Of a stretch of 54,465 nucleotides of DNA, positions 46,622-54,465 are shown piece by piece. The notes beneath the pieces are model-generated. The model saw nothing but the letters and a program-made list of their open reading frames with translations, made no database searches and had not been told where the DNA came from. Positions within the stretch are counted from its first letter, which is position 1, and each line of letters opens with the position of its first letter. Source of the stretch: Fibrobacterota bacterium (GTDB lineage: Bacteria; Fibrobacterota; Fibrobacteria; UBA11236); NCBI GenBank assembly GCA_043753995.1, contig JAYUVP010000210.1, positions 1 through 54,465 on the forward strand. The letters run 5' to 3'. A program made the translations under genes and the position numbers.

Positions 46622-49600
46622 AAAGGGGTGACTCGGCAGCAGCCTTGCTGCGCCAACGTCTCCAGCGAGGGCGTTGGTCGGCGGCTTTGCGACGAGCGGT
46701 CGCGTCGGGTCTATACGGACTCGCCTTGATTTTCTGCCTCGCGGCTATTTTCGCTTCCCTGGCCTTGCGCCAACCCCTGGAAAGCCTTTGGCTTTGGTGT
46801 CTCGCGGCATTGCAGGCCAGCCTGATAGTGTATGTTCCACTGGCGATTTGGTTTTATCGCCGTTTGCGGCCCCAGGTTTTGGCGGAGCAATGGGATAGGG
46901 CCTTAATTGCCGCGCCCGATCCCTTTCGCTTGGCTTTGGAAGAGCCGACTTTTTCACAAGAGAATCGCCATGCCTTGGAAGGTTTATTACGACCATGGCT
47001 TGCCAAGGCCTTGCCTCCCAAGCCGCCTAGACTCCCGCCTCTAGGTTGGGCTAGCTTAATCTTGGGCCTAATCCTCTTCGGCATCTCCGCGCAGCAAAGC
47101 AGGCAAGTCCCTGTTTTTTTACGTGTCACGGCTGTCCCTTGGTGGTTCGCCATACGCCTGCCCACCCTCGCATTTGAATGGCCGGCTCATACCCTCACCG
47201 TTGTGCGCGGCGATTCACTCCGCTGCGAGGTGAAAGTACTCCACGCCACCGAAGGCCAAGACTTGCAAGCCCTTCTGGAGCCGCGCAAAGGGGGGAAGGC
47301 GTATCGATTTGCCTTGCGGGTGACTCGGGGACGCGTATCCCTGAAGCATGGCCCTATCGAAAACGAAATGCGACTTCGCCTTTCAGCCACCAATGGCCTT
47401 TCCCCTTGGCAGCCTATTCATTTGGTGGAAGCTCCAACTTTTACCAAGGCGCAAGTTTGGGTGGAACCGCCCGCTTATACTCGCCTGAAGCCGCGCTCCT
47501 TTTCCGAAGGCGTATTATCGGGAGCCGCTCCCGAAGGCAGCCGAATTCTTTGGCATTTGCAAGCCCAGCATTGGCGGCAATTGCTTTGGAGCCGTGATTC
47601 CGGTGCGGGCATAGTCGTGGATACCCTTCCTGTGCAAGACAGCCTTGCCTTGTCGTGGAATCTGGAAAAATCCCTGCGCTATGGTTTTCGCCTTTGTGAT
47701 GCGACCGGAATTTGCACGCCTCAAATTACCTGGCAAAACCTGGAGGCCATACCCGATCGCGCACCTGAAATCGCGATATTGAATCCCTTGGGTGGCGCCT
47801 CCCTGCCGCGCAATGGACAATTACCCCTACTCCTGCGCGCACTCGACGATTATGGACTGACCGAAATGCGCTTGCATTGGAAAATTCGCAGCGAGACCTC
47901 GCCGGATCGCACCGGTGTCTTCGCCGCCAAATCTTGGTTGAAACAAATTATCGCGGGAAATGTGTCGGCCACTTGGGATTTTTCTGGCATCGGTTTGCGT
48001 TCCGAGCAAAACCTGGAAATTCAAATGGAGGCTTGTGATGATCGAGGTCAATGCACGCGGAGCACCGGAATTACCCTAAGTCTCCCCAGTGTCGAAGACG
48101 TGGCCGAAGCCGTGAATTCGCAAGAGTCCGCGACCATGGAAAGCCTGCGTAGCGCGGTCGAGCGTGGCGCCAAGGCCGAGCGCAACCATCGTGAAGCGGC
48201 GCATGAGGCCCAGCGCGAAGGGCCTCCCATGCTTCAGTCTTACGATATCGAGCGCATCATGGTGCAAGAGCCCCAGGCCCAATTGAATTTGCTCTCTGCG
48301 ATTTTGCACGGCGACCGATCCGAATCAGCTTCTGCACAAGGCGAAAATTCTCGACGCGAATTAGAACAGGCCTGGAAGGAAAACCGGGAAAAGCTGCCGC
48401 AAGCTGGGCAGGCCACCTTGCCCTTGGAAAAGCAACAGCGCAATCTCGACCGCCTCATGGCCGCGCAAAAGCAGCTCGACCAGGCTTTGGAAAAGGAATT
48501 GGCCAAGCCCAAACCGCCCTTGCCCAAGTCCGGCGATCCAGAATCCTATCGCAAAGCCGCCGCAGCGTATAATCAAGTCCAGCAAATGGCTTCCATGCAG
48601 GATGAACTCAAGCGCCAATTGGCCAATCAAAAAGATTTGGCCAAGTATTTGCGCGATCAAGCCCGTGAGGCTGCAGAACGCGAGCAGAATTTGGAGCAGG
48701 CCTTGGAAGAGCAAAGGCGCATGGTCGAAGACGTGCAATCAGCTTCGCAAAGCCTGGAGCAAACCGCCGAAAAAAGCCGCGAGAATGGTTTGGCCTCACC
48801 GGAATTAATGAAGAAAATGGAGCGATTGCAGGCCATGCTGCGCGATCTATTGCCCGATAGCCTGCGAGCCTTGCTGCAAAAAAAGGCCGAGGGTGAAAAA
48901 GTCGATTTGGAAGAAGTCAAAAACCAATTGCGGGAAGTTCTGAATCATCGCCAGGAATTTGAGCAAGGCATAGATCGCGCCTTGGGCATGCTGGAGGCCC
49001 TGCAAGATCGCCGTCGTGTCGAAACCCTGCTGGCACAGGTCTCCGAATTAGCGCAAAAGCAAAAGGAATTGGCGGAAGCCGCCAAGGCTGCTCCGAGCGC
49101 CAAAAATCCAGCCGAAGATTTAGCGCGCAAGCAAGAAGGCCTGCGGAAAGATTGGCAGGCGACACAAAAGTCCTTTGCTTCCGAGGCGAAAGCGAGCCGT
49201 CGTCTTCAGTCCGTCACTCAGGCCATGAAAGCCAATAACGCTGAATCGCAAATGCAAAAAGCGGCGCAATCCATGCAGAGCCAGTCTTCTTCGAGTGCCG
49301 GAGGTGAAGGCGCCGAAGCAGCGCAAGCCGCTGCCCAGAGCTTGAATGAATTGAAGGCCGGCCTCGATAGTCTTTTGGCCAAGGAAGATCGCCAACCCCG
49401 ACTGGACCGAGCCAAGCTTTTGTTTTCCATCGAAGCCAGCCTGGATTTGTCACGCTTGCAGATATCCTTGCTGGGGGATGCCGGGGCTCGCCGCGAAATG
49501 GGTTGGCTGTCCGAGCGCGAATCGGCCATGGGGGCGGTTCATCGTGCGGCCCGGCACTTAGAGTCGGAATTGAAAGCATTGCTGCGGGGATTTGAAGGAG

Positions 49601-50559
49601 GCGGCCGTTTGATTTTGCAAGCCGCACATAAGTTGAGAGCCTTGTCAGAAGGTGCCATGCAAAGCTTTTCCCTGGAGCGCGTGCAAAATTCCTTGGAGGC
49701 CAATCACCATTTGACTCGTGAATTAATGCGCCTCGCCAATCAAATGAAAAAAGGTGGCTCAGGAATGTCGGGCATGGCAGGGGGTCAAGGCCAAAGTGGG
49801 CAGGGTGAGGGAGAGGGTGAAGGCGAAGGAGAGGGCGAAGGTGAAGGCCAGGGTCAGGGACAAGGTAATGGTCTTGGCGCCGGCGATGTCGGCCAGGCCA
49901 TGCAAGGCGTCAGCGGCCAGCAAATGGCCGTGAATCAAGCGACCTATGCCTTGCTTAAATCCATGCTTGCCGGTCGCGGAGAAAGCGGTCAAGGGCAAGA
50001 AGGCGGGGAGGGTGGGAATGGCGGCACCAAGGAAGGGGGTCAAGCCGGCGGTGAGTCGGGCAAGGCTTCGGGCTCGGGTAGACAAGGGCAAAGCGGTGGT
50101 GATGCAGGCCAAGGCGAAGGAAAAGAATCTGGCGCGGGAGCGGGTAAGGTCGGGAATAGCCAAGGCGATGTCGGTGAAAAGTTGGAAGGCTTGGCGGATA
50201 AAGCCGATGAAACCGGAGGTGGCGCGGCGGGCCTGCGCCAATTGGCCGCCGAAGCCCGAGCTCTTGAAGAGGACCTGCGTCGCGGGAGGCTCGATCCCGA
50301 AGCATTGCAAAAAAAACAGCAGCGTTTTCAAATGCGTTTGCTGGAAGCAACCCGCAGTTTGGAGGAAAGAGGCCGCGAGGAAAAACGGGAAGCACAATCC
50401 TTTCGCGGTCGACTCACCGGGCCGGCTCCGGTGCCACCCCAGAATGAAGACGTGAAAAAACGCATAGAAGCTGCCAGGCGCAAGGCAAAAAACCTGCCTT
50501 TGCGTGATCCTGAGCGTGAAGTGTTGGACAATTTCTATCACGAATTGCTGACCCGATGA
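46618..50559 (+). CDS. Large membrane-anchored coiled-coil protein (DUF4175-like)
   Basis: N-terminal TM helices, VEPPAYT, PDRAPEI, ALDDYGL, a long Q/E/A/K-rich coiled coil and a Gly-rich low-complexity region. Confidence 0.8.
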   Translation: MKRGDSAAALLRQRLQRGRWSAALRRAVASGLYGLALIFCLAAIFASLALRQPLESLWLWCLAALQASLIVYVPLAIWFYRRLRPQVLAEQWDRALIAAPDPFRLALEEPTFSQENRHALEGLLRPWLAKALPPKPPRLPPLGWASLILGLILFGISAQQSRQVPVFLRVTAVPWWFAIRLPTLAFEWPAHTLTVVRGDSLRCEVKVLHATEGQDLQALLEPRKGGKAYRFALRVTRGRVSLKHGPIENEMRLRLSATNGLSPWQPIHLVEAPTFTKAQVWVEPPAYTRLKPRSFSEGVLSGAAPEGSRILWHLQAQHWRQLLWSRDSGAGIVVDTLPVQDSLALSWNLEKSLRYGFRLCDATGICTPQITWQNLEAIPDRAPEIAILNPLGGASLPRNGQLPLLLRALDDYGLTEMRLHWKIRSETSPDRTGVFAAKSWLKQIIAGNVSATWDFSGIGLRSEQNLEIQMEACDDRGQCTRSTGITLSLPSVEDVAEAVNSQESATMESLRSAVERGAKAERNHREAAHEAQREGPPMLQSYDIERIMVQEPQAQLNLLSAILHGDRSESASAQGENSRRELEQAWKENREKLPQAGQATLPLEKQQRNLDRLMAAQKQLDQALEKELAKPKPPLPKSGDPESYRKAAAAYNQVQQMASMQDELKRQLANQKDLAKYLRDQAREAAEREQNLEQALEEQRRMVEDVQSASQSLEQTAEKSRENGLASPELMKKMERLQAMLRDLLPDSLRALLQKKAEGEKVDLEEVKNQLREVLNHRQEFEQGIDRALGMLEALQDRRRVETLLAQVSELAQKQKELAEAAKAAPSAKNPAEDLARKQEGLRKDWQATQKSFASEAKASRRLQSVTQAMKANNAESQMQKAAQSMQSQSSSSAGGEGAEAAQAAAQSLNELKAGLDSLLAKEDRQPRLDRAKLLFSIEASLDLSRLQISLLGDAGARREMGWLSERESAMGAVHRAARHLESELKALLRGFEGGGRLILQAAHKLRALSEGAMQSFSLERVQNSLEANHHLTRELMRLANQMKKGGSGMSGMAGGQGQSGQGEGEGEGEGEGEGEGQGQGQGNGLGAGDVGQAMQGVSGQQMAVNQATYALLKSMLAGRGESGQGQEGGEGGNGGTKEGGQAGGESGKASGSGRQGQSGGDAGQGEGKESGAGAGKVGNSQGDVGEKLEGLADKADETGGGAAGLRQLAAEARALEEDLRRGRLDPEALQKKQQRFQMRLLEATRSLEERGREEKREAQSFRGRLTGPAPVPPQNEDVKKRIEAARRKAKNLPLRDPEREVLDNFYHELLTR
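49804..49863 (+). repeat. In-frame 6-nt repeat encoding (GE)7(GQ)3
   Basis: ggtgag-ggagag-ggtgaa-ggcgaa-ggagag-ggcgaa-ggtgaa-ggccag-ggtcag-ggacaa; third positions vary. Confidence 0.9.
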
Positions 50560-51386
50560 AAGCTTCGCCTTCTATTTCCCAAACCTTTGTCAGGCGACCT
50601 TTTTTCCTGGCTGTCGATGCCGCCATGATATCCCTGGGATATTGGGTCTTGGATAGAGTCGGTGGCCTGCTTCGGTTTTTGCTGTTTTGCTTTCAAGTCA
50701 TGCGCACCTTGCCCATGGTCTTTCGCAATTTCCACTTCACGGTGGAGCAGATGTATCTCATCGGCATCACATCCATTCCCCTGGTTTGCCTCACCTCCAT
50801 TTTCACCGGAGCGGTAGCCGCCTGGCAAGCCGCTTACAATTTTGCCGACTATGTGCCCTTGCGTTATGTCGGCACCGCGGTGGGTAAATCGGTCATGCTC
50901 GAAGTGGGACCGGTTTTGACCGCCTTGGTGGTGGCGGGCCGCGTCGGTGCCGCCATGTCCGCTGAAATCGGAACCATGGCGGTGACCGAACAATTGGATG
51001 CCATGCGTTGCCTTAACTTGAATCCCTTCAGGTATTTACTGGCTCCGCGTTTATTGGCCGGCATGGTTATGCTACCCATGCTCACCATCCTTTCCAGCCT
51101 GGTTGCCATACTCGGTGCCTTGGCCGTGGTCACGGTTTTCAAAGACCTGACGCCCCAGGCTTTCTTCGCAGGCGTGCGCCTATTCTATACGCATTGGGAT
51201 TTGTTTGTCGGCCTGCTCAAGTCCTTTGTTTTCGGCAACTTGATTGCCTTATTCGGTTGCTATTTCGGGTATACCAGCAGCCATGGGGCCGAAGGCGTGG
51301 GCCGAGCCACCATGGCCAGCGTGGTCTACACCAATGTCAGTGTCTTGATCATGGGTTTTCTGATTTCCAATTTCCTTTTGCAGTAA
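50556..51386 (+). CDS. mlaE: MlaE-family ABC transporter permease
   Basis: EVGPVLTALVVAGRVGAAMSAEIGTMAVTEQLDAM, GAEGVGRAT. ATGA overlap with the upstream stop. Confidence 0.95.
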   Translation: MKASPSISQTFVRRPFFLAVDAAMISLGYWVLDRVGGLLRFLLFCFQVMRTLPMVFRNFHFTVEQMYLIGITSIPLVCLTSIFTGAVAAWQAAYNFADYVPLRYVGTAVGKSVMLEVGPVLTALVVAGRVGAAMSAEIGTMAVTEQLDAMRCLNLNPFRYLLAPRLLAGMVMLPMLTILSSLVAILGALAVVTVFKDLTPQAFFAGVRLFYTHWDLFVGLLKSFVFGNLIALFGCYFGYTSSHGAEGVGRATMASVVYTNVSVLIMGFLISNFLLQ

Positions 51387-51392
51387 ATCCCC

Positions 51393-51413
51393 GCGAGCGG
51401 GAGAACCGCTCGC
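51393..51413. other. GC-rich hairpin between mlaE and glnD
   Basis: GCGAGCGG-GAGAA-CCGCTCGC, a perfect 8-bp stem with no U tract. Confidence 0.6.
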
Positions 51414-51427
51414 ACCCAGCCACCGGC

Positions 51428-51433
51428 TATACT
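51428..51433 (+). promoter_or_regulatory. -10 element directly upstream of glnD (leaderless-type)
   Basis: TATACT, 7 nt, then ATG 51441; no SD. Confidence 0.55.
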
Positions 51434-51440
51434 TTGCTGC

Positions 51441-54113
51441 ATGATTCAGCGATACCTCACCACGGCCGGCATTCATGGCGACCTCGTCGAAAACCTGCGC
51501 GACTGCTTCATTCGTCGCGATACTCCCGGACAAATCCAAGGCGTTAAGCAAGTCTTGCAGGATCATTTGCAGCGCATCAGCCGCTTGAATCGCGAAGGAG
51601 CTTCGGGCATCGAAACCGTACGCTTCATCAGCGAAATGGTCGACACCCTCCTGCGCACCTTATGGGATCACCTGGAGATGAGCGTTCCCAATGAGGCCAA
51701 TCTGGTGGCCTTGGTGGCGGTGGGTGGCTATGGCCGCATGGAATTGTGCCCCAAGAGCGATATCGATTTATTGATTCTGACTTCGGATAAGCCAACCCAA
51801 GACGAAATTCATCAAGTCGAAACCGTGGTACGCAATCTCTGGGATTTCGGTTTCATCGTAGGCCATTCCGTTCGCTCCCTGTCGCAATGCAAAGAGGCGG
51901 CAGCGACCGATCCCGAGACCTATACCAGCTTTCTCAATGAACGTTTCGTGGCGGGGAATCACCCGTTATACCGAAAATTCGTCAAGCAAATGGATCGCAA
52001 GCTCTTCCCTTGGCGCATTAATAAGCTGGTGGAAGCCAAAATCGCAGAACGCGATCAGCGCATTCAAAAAGTCGGTACCCTGGTGCAAATGCTTGAGCCC
52101 GATTTGAAAGAGGGTATGGGCTGCCTTCGCGACGTGCATTCCATGATGTGGATAGCCAAGGTAAAGCATAACTGCGACAATTTGGGCGACTTGGTGCGCG
52201 AAGGTCTCATCAGTCCCCAAGAGCAAGAAGATTTACGGGTTGCCTATGACTTTCTCCTGCAAGTGCGCTCCTGTATTCACTTTCGCACGGGTAAAAAAGA
52301 CGACCGGCTTTCCTTTCATATACAGCCCGAGGTGGCCGAAGAGCTGGGTTTTGCCTCCGATTCCTCGCAAAAGCCCGTCGAAGTTTTCCTAAAAGTCTTT
52401 TACCACCACACCAAGACCATCAATCGCGTAACCGAAACCGTAGTGTCCCGTTGGGTCCATACCAAGTCCAAAAGCGGCAAGGTCGAGGCTCTCAAAGTCC
52501 ACCCGCATTTTCGCGAAGAAGACGGCTACCTCGAATTGCGCAGCCGCGTGGGCAATCCTTTCGCCGAAAATCTCGACCTAGTGCTCGAATATTTTGACCT
52601 GGTCAATACCCATAATCTGGGATATCCCCATCACAGCATCATGCGGCTGAGGCAGGCCACGGGCCGATTTATGACACGCGATGATCTCGACACTCGATCG
52701 GCCCTGCGTCATTTCATTTTGCTATGCCAGCGTAAGGAGAGAGTCGGCCGCATGCTGCGCTGCATGAACGATGTTGGCCTCATCAGTTTGCTCATTCCCG
52801 ATTTCCAGCACATTTACTGCCATAGCCACCACGACATTTATCATGTCTATACCACCGACGAGCACACCTTGACCGTGGTGCGCCAATTGGCCTACTTATC
52901 CACTACCGACAATCCGGGATTGGCCAGTTTGCGCGAGGCCTATACCAATTGCACGGATACCGAGGTCTTGGTGCTTGCCTGCATCTTCCATGATATTGGC
53001 AAGGGCGTCGGCCCCAATCACAGCCAAAGCGGCGCACGCATGGTCTATGCCTTTATGGAGGCCATGGATTTTTCCGCCTCACGTTGCCAACAAGCCTCTT
53101 CCTTGGTTTTGCATCACCTGTTGATGAATGAGGTGATTCAAAGGCGTGATCTCGATGATCCTAAGACCATCCGCGACTTTCTGTCGAAAATTGATACACC
53201 TGCCTTATTAAGCAAGCTCTATGTCTTGACCTATTGCGATGTCTCCTCGACTCATCCTGAAGCGTGGACGCAATGGAAGGCTTCTCTTCTCCAAAAACTC
53301 TATTCCTGTGCGCTGGATGAATTGCAAAGGCCTTATCAACCCACCTTGCCGGCACGTTCCCTGGAAGATGAATTGGTTGAATCGGTGTCGGGTCGCGTTC
53401 CCGAAGCCGAGTTGCGTGCGCATTTAACGGCCTTACCCCATCAATACGCAGCCTCAACCACACCCGAAGAGGTGGTCACCCACCTCCAAGCATTACAAGG
53501 GGTTGCGCTAAATCAAATGCGCACTCTGGTCACCGTTAGGCCGACGCATTGGGAAGTCACGGTGCTTGCACAAGATGAAGAAGGCTTGCTGGCGGCCATT
53601 GCCGGCGCCTTGGCCCATCTCGAACTCTCCATACTCACGGCGCGGATTTACACTCGAGGCGATGGAAAAGTCATTGATCGGTTTTGGGTGGCGCCTCCCG
53701 AACCCGCAGGTAGACTTTCGCAGCGTGACTTGGAAGAACGACTCACCGGCATGTTGAATCGTCGCTTTCGCTTAAGTGATAAGGAGTTACGTGCCTTACA
53801 AGAAAGCGTCTTCAAGCGTTCGGCCTATGCTCGTTTTCAAAATCCGAAGGCGCAACCTGAAATCGAATTCACCAATTCCGTATCTGAGGCCTATAGCACG
53901 GTCGACATCACCTGCAATGACCGCATAGGCCTTTTGCACCAAGTAACACGGGCTCTCGGAGAGCTTGGCTGTTCGGTGCATGGCGCCATTTTGACCACCG
54001 AAGCGGATAAAGCCATGGATGCCTTTTATGTCGCGGATCGCGACGGAAAAAAAATCGAAGACCCGTCGCGCATCGCTGAGATGATCGAAAAGTTGCGTCA
54101 AGAATTGGCGTAG
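51441..54113 (+). CDS. glnD: Bifunctional PII uridylyltransferase/uridylyl-removing enzyme
   Basis: AVGGYGR..L.P.SDIDLL, EPDLKEG.GCLRD, YTTDEHT, FHDIGKG (HD), two C-terminal ACT domains (DEEGLLA, DRIGLL). Confidence 0.96.
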   Translation: MIQRYLTTAGIHGDLVENLRDCFIRRDTPGQIQGVKQVLQDHLQRISRLNREGASGIETVRFISEMVDTLLRTLWDHLEMSVPNEANLVALVAVGGYGRMELCPKSDIDLLILTSDKPTQDEIHQVETVVRNLWDFGFIVGHSVRSLSQCKEAAATDPETYTSFLNERFVAGNHPLYRKFVKQMDRKLFPWRINKLVEAKIAERDQRIQKVGTLVQMLEPDLKEGMGCLRDVHSMMWIAKVKHNCDNLGDLVREGLISPQEQEDLRVAYDFLLQVRSCIHFRTGKKDDRLSFHIQPEVAEELGFASDSSQKPVEVFLKVFYHHTKTINRVTETVVSRWVHTKSKSGKVEALKVHPHFREEDGYLELRSRVGNPFAENLDLVLEYFDLVNTHNLGYPHHSIMRLRQATGRFMTRDDLDTRSALRHFILLCQRKERVGRMLRCMNDVGLISLLIPDFQHIYCHSHHDIYHVYTTDEHTLTVVRQLAYLSTTDNPGLASLREAYTNCTDTEVLVLACIFHDIGKGVGPNHSQSGARMVYAFMEAMDFSASRCQQASSLVLHHLLMNEVIQRRDLDDPKTIRDFLSKIDTPALLSKLYVLTYCDVSSTHPEAWTQWKASLLQKLYSCALDELQRPYQPTLPARSLEDELVESVSGRVPEAELRAHLTALPHQYAASTTPEEVVTHLQALQGVALNQMRTLVTVRPTHWEVTVLAQDEEGLLAAIAGALAHLELSILTARIYTRGDGKVIDRFWVAPPEPAGRLSQRDLEERLTGMLNRRFRLSDKELRALQESVFKRSAYARFQNPKAQPEIEFTNSVSEAYSTVDITCNDRIGLLHQVTRALGELGCSVHGAILTTEADKAMDAFYVADRDGKKIEDPSRIAEMIEKLRQELA

Positions 54114-54126
54114 CTTGCGTGTTGAG

Positions 54127-54147
54127 TCACCCGCGTGCTTCGGGTGA
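54127..54147. other. Hairpin downstream of glnD
   Basis: TCACCCG-CGTGCTT-CGGGTGA. It is followed by an A run rather than a T run, so it is not a canonical intrinsic terminator. Confidence 0.5.
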
Positions 54148-54170
54148 TCAAAAAAAAATCAATGATCTCC

Positions 54171-54199
54171 TTGACTATCCTTGTCAAGCTCTTTATCAT
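54171..54199 (+). promoter_or_regulatory. Sigma70-type promoter with an inverted repeat overlapping the -35
   Basis: TTGACT-17 nt-TATCAT, an upstream A tract (UP-element-like), and CTTGAC-N7-GTCAAG at 54170-54188. Confidence 0.7.
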
Positions 54200-54453
54200 T
54201 TCAATCAGTAAAGCATGATGAAGGTCAACTTGGTGATACGTAGCATGACGGAGACCGTCACTCGCAGCGAGACTCGCCGCCTCAATGTGCTGAGCAATGT
54301 TCATTCAACCCGCCGCAGCAAGTTAGCGCAGAGCATGGTTCGACCCCGCTTCAGCCGCTATTCATCCGCCCACGAGCAGGATCTCGCTGTGGTTCAACCA
54401 TCAATCCAGTCCGTCAAATAATCGACGCGTACGTCGGAAGGAGGTGATTCGTT

Positions 54454-54465
54454 ATGGCCGCAAAG
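54454..54465 (+). CDS. Start of an unidentified gene truncated by the window edge (MAAK...)
   Basis: Near-perfect SD AAGGAGGTGA at 54438-54447, 6 nt before the ATG. Confidence 0.7.

Noticed and set aside
49759..50541. 260-aa antisense ORF with an LSLTLAFT-type repeat
   Set aside because: It is the reverse complement of the GE/GQ tract in the DUF4175-like gene.
54324..54347. tRNA-like words TAGCGCAG and GGTTCGACCCC
   Set aside because: Too close together, with no anticodon arm or acceptor stem; not a tRNA.
1..54465. CRISPR arrays, rRNA/tRNA, transposases, prophage or defence genes
   Set aside because: No repeat-spacer pattern or recognisable motifs; almost all sequence is explained by the listed CDSs and gaps are under about 350 nt.

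Overview
A gene-dense, mostly housekeeping window from a diderm (LPS/Lpt-containing) bacterium. Gene content and protein style suggest Fibrobacterota or the wider FCB group, but this is inference only. In order it carries: the end of a trimmed dcw cluster (ftsI tail, murE, murF, ftsW, murC, ftsQ, ftsA, ftsZ); hemW, a metallophosphoesterase, dinB, hisN and nnr; a GH57/DUF3536 gene with a small coupled membrane ORF; a minus-strand run of GT2, Cys-rich lipoprotein, TPR-like protein and a small ORF; pyk, a hybrid sensor kinase, a secreted beta-propeller protein, an ApaH-like phosphoesterase, fpr, pyrF, a thioesterase and a MATE transporter; lptC-lptA-lptB-rpoN-hpf-hprK-mlaD-GH57-ptsH-ptsI; an ATGA-coupled slt(TPR)-DUF4159-DUF4175-like-mlaE unit; glnD; and a strong promoter with a ~250-nt leader at the right edge. 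I found no rRNA, tRNA, CRISPR array, IS element or prophage, and I cannot demonstrate a clear-cut novel system. The best leads are: (1) a recurrent TANNNT-N6/7-start architecture suggesting widespread leaderless mRNAs; (2) the coupled slt-DUF4159-DUF4175-mlaE envelope unit; (3) a GH57 glucanotransferase coupled to HPr/EI in a PTS cluster with no EII; (4) two long, possibly structured non-coding leaders, one before hpf and one at the window end with phased repeats; (5) the GT2/teneurin-like-motif lipoprotein/TPR operon. All family calls come from motif recognition by eye, not from database searches.
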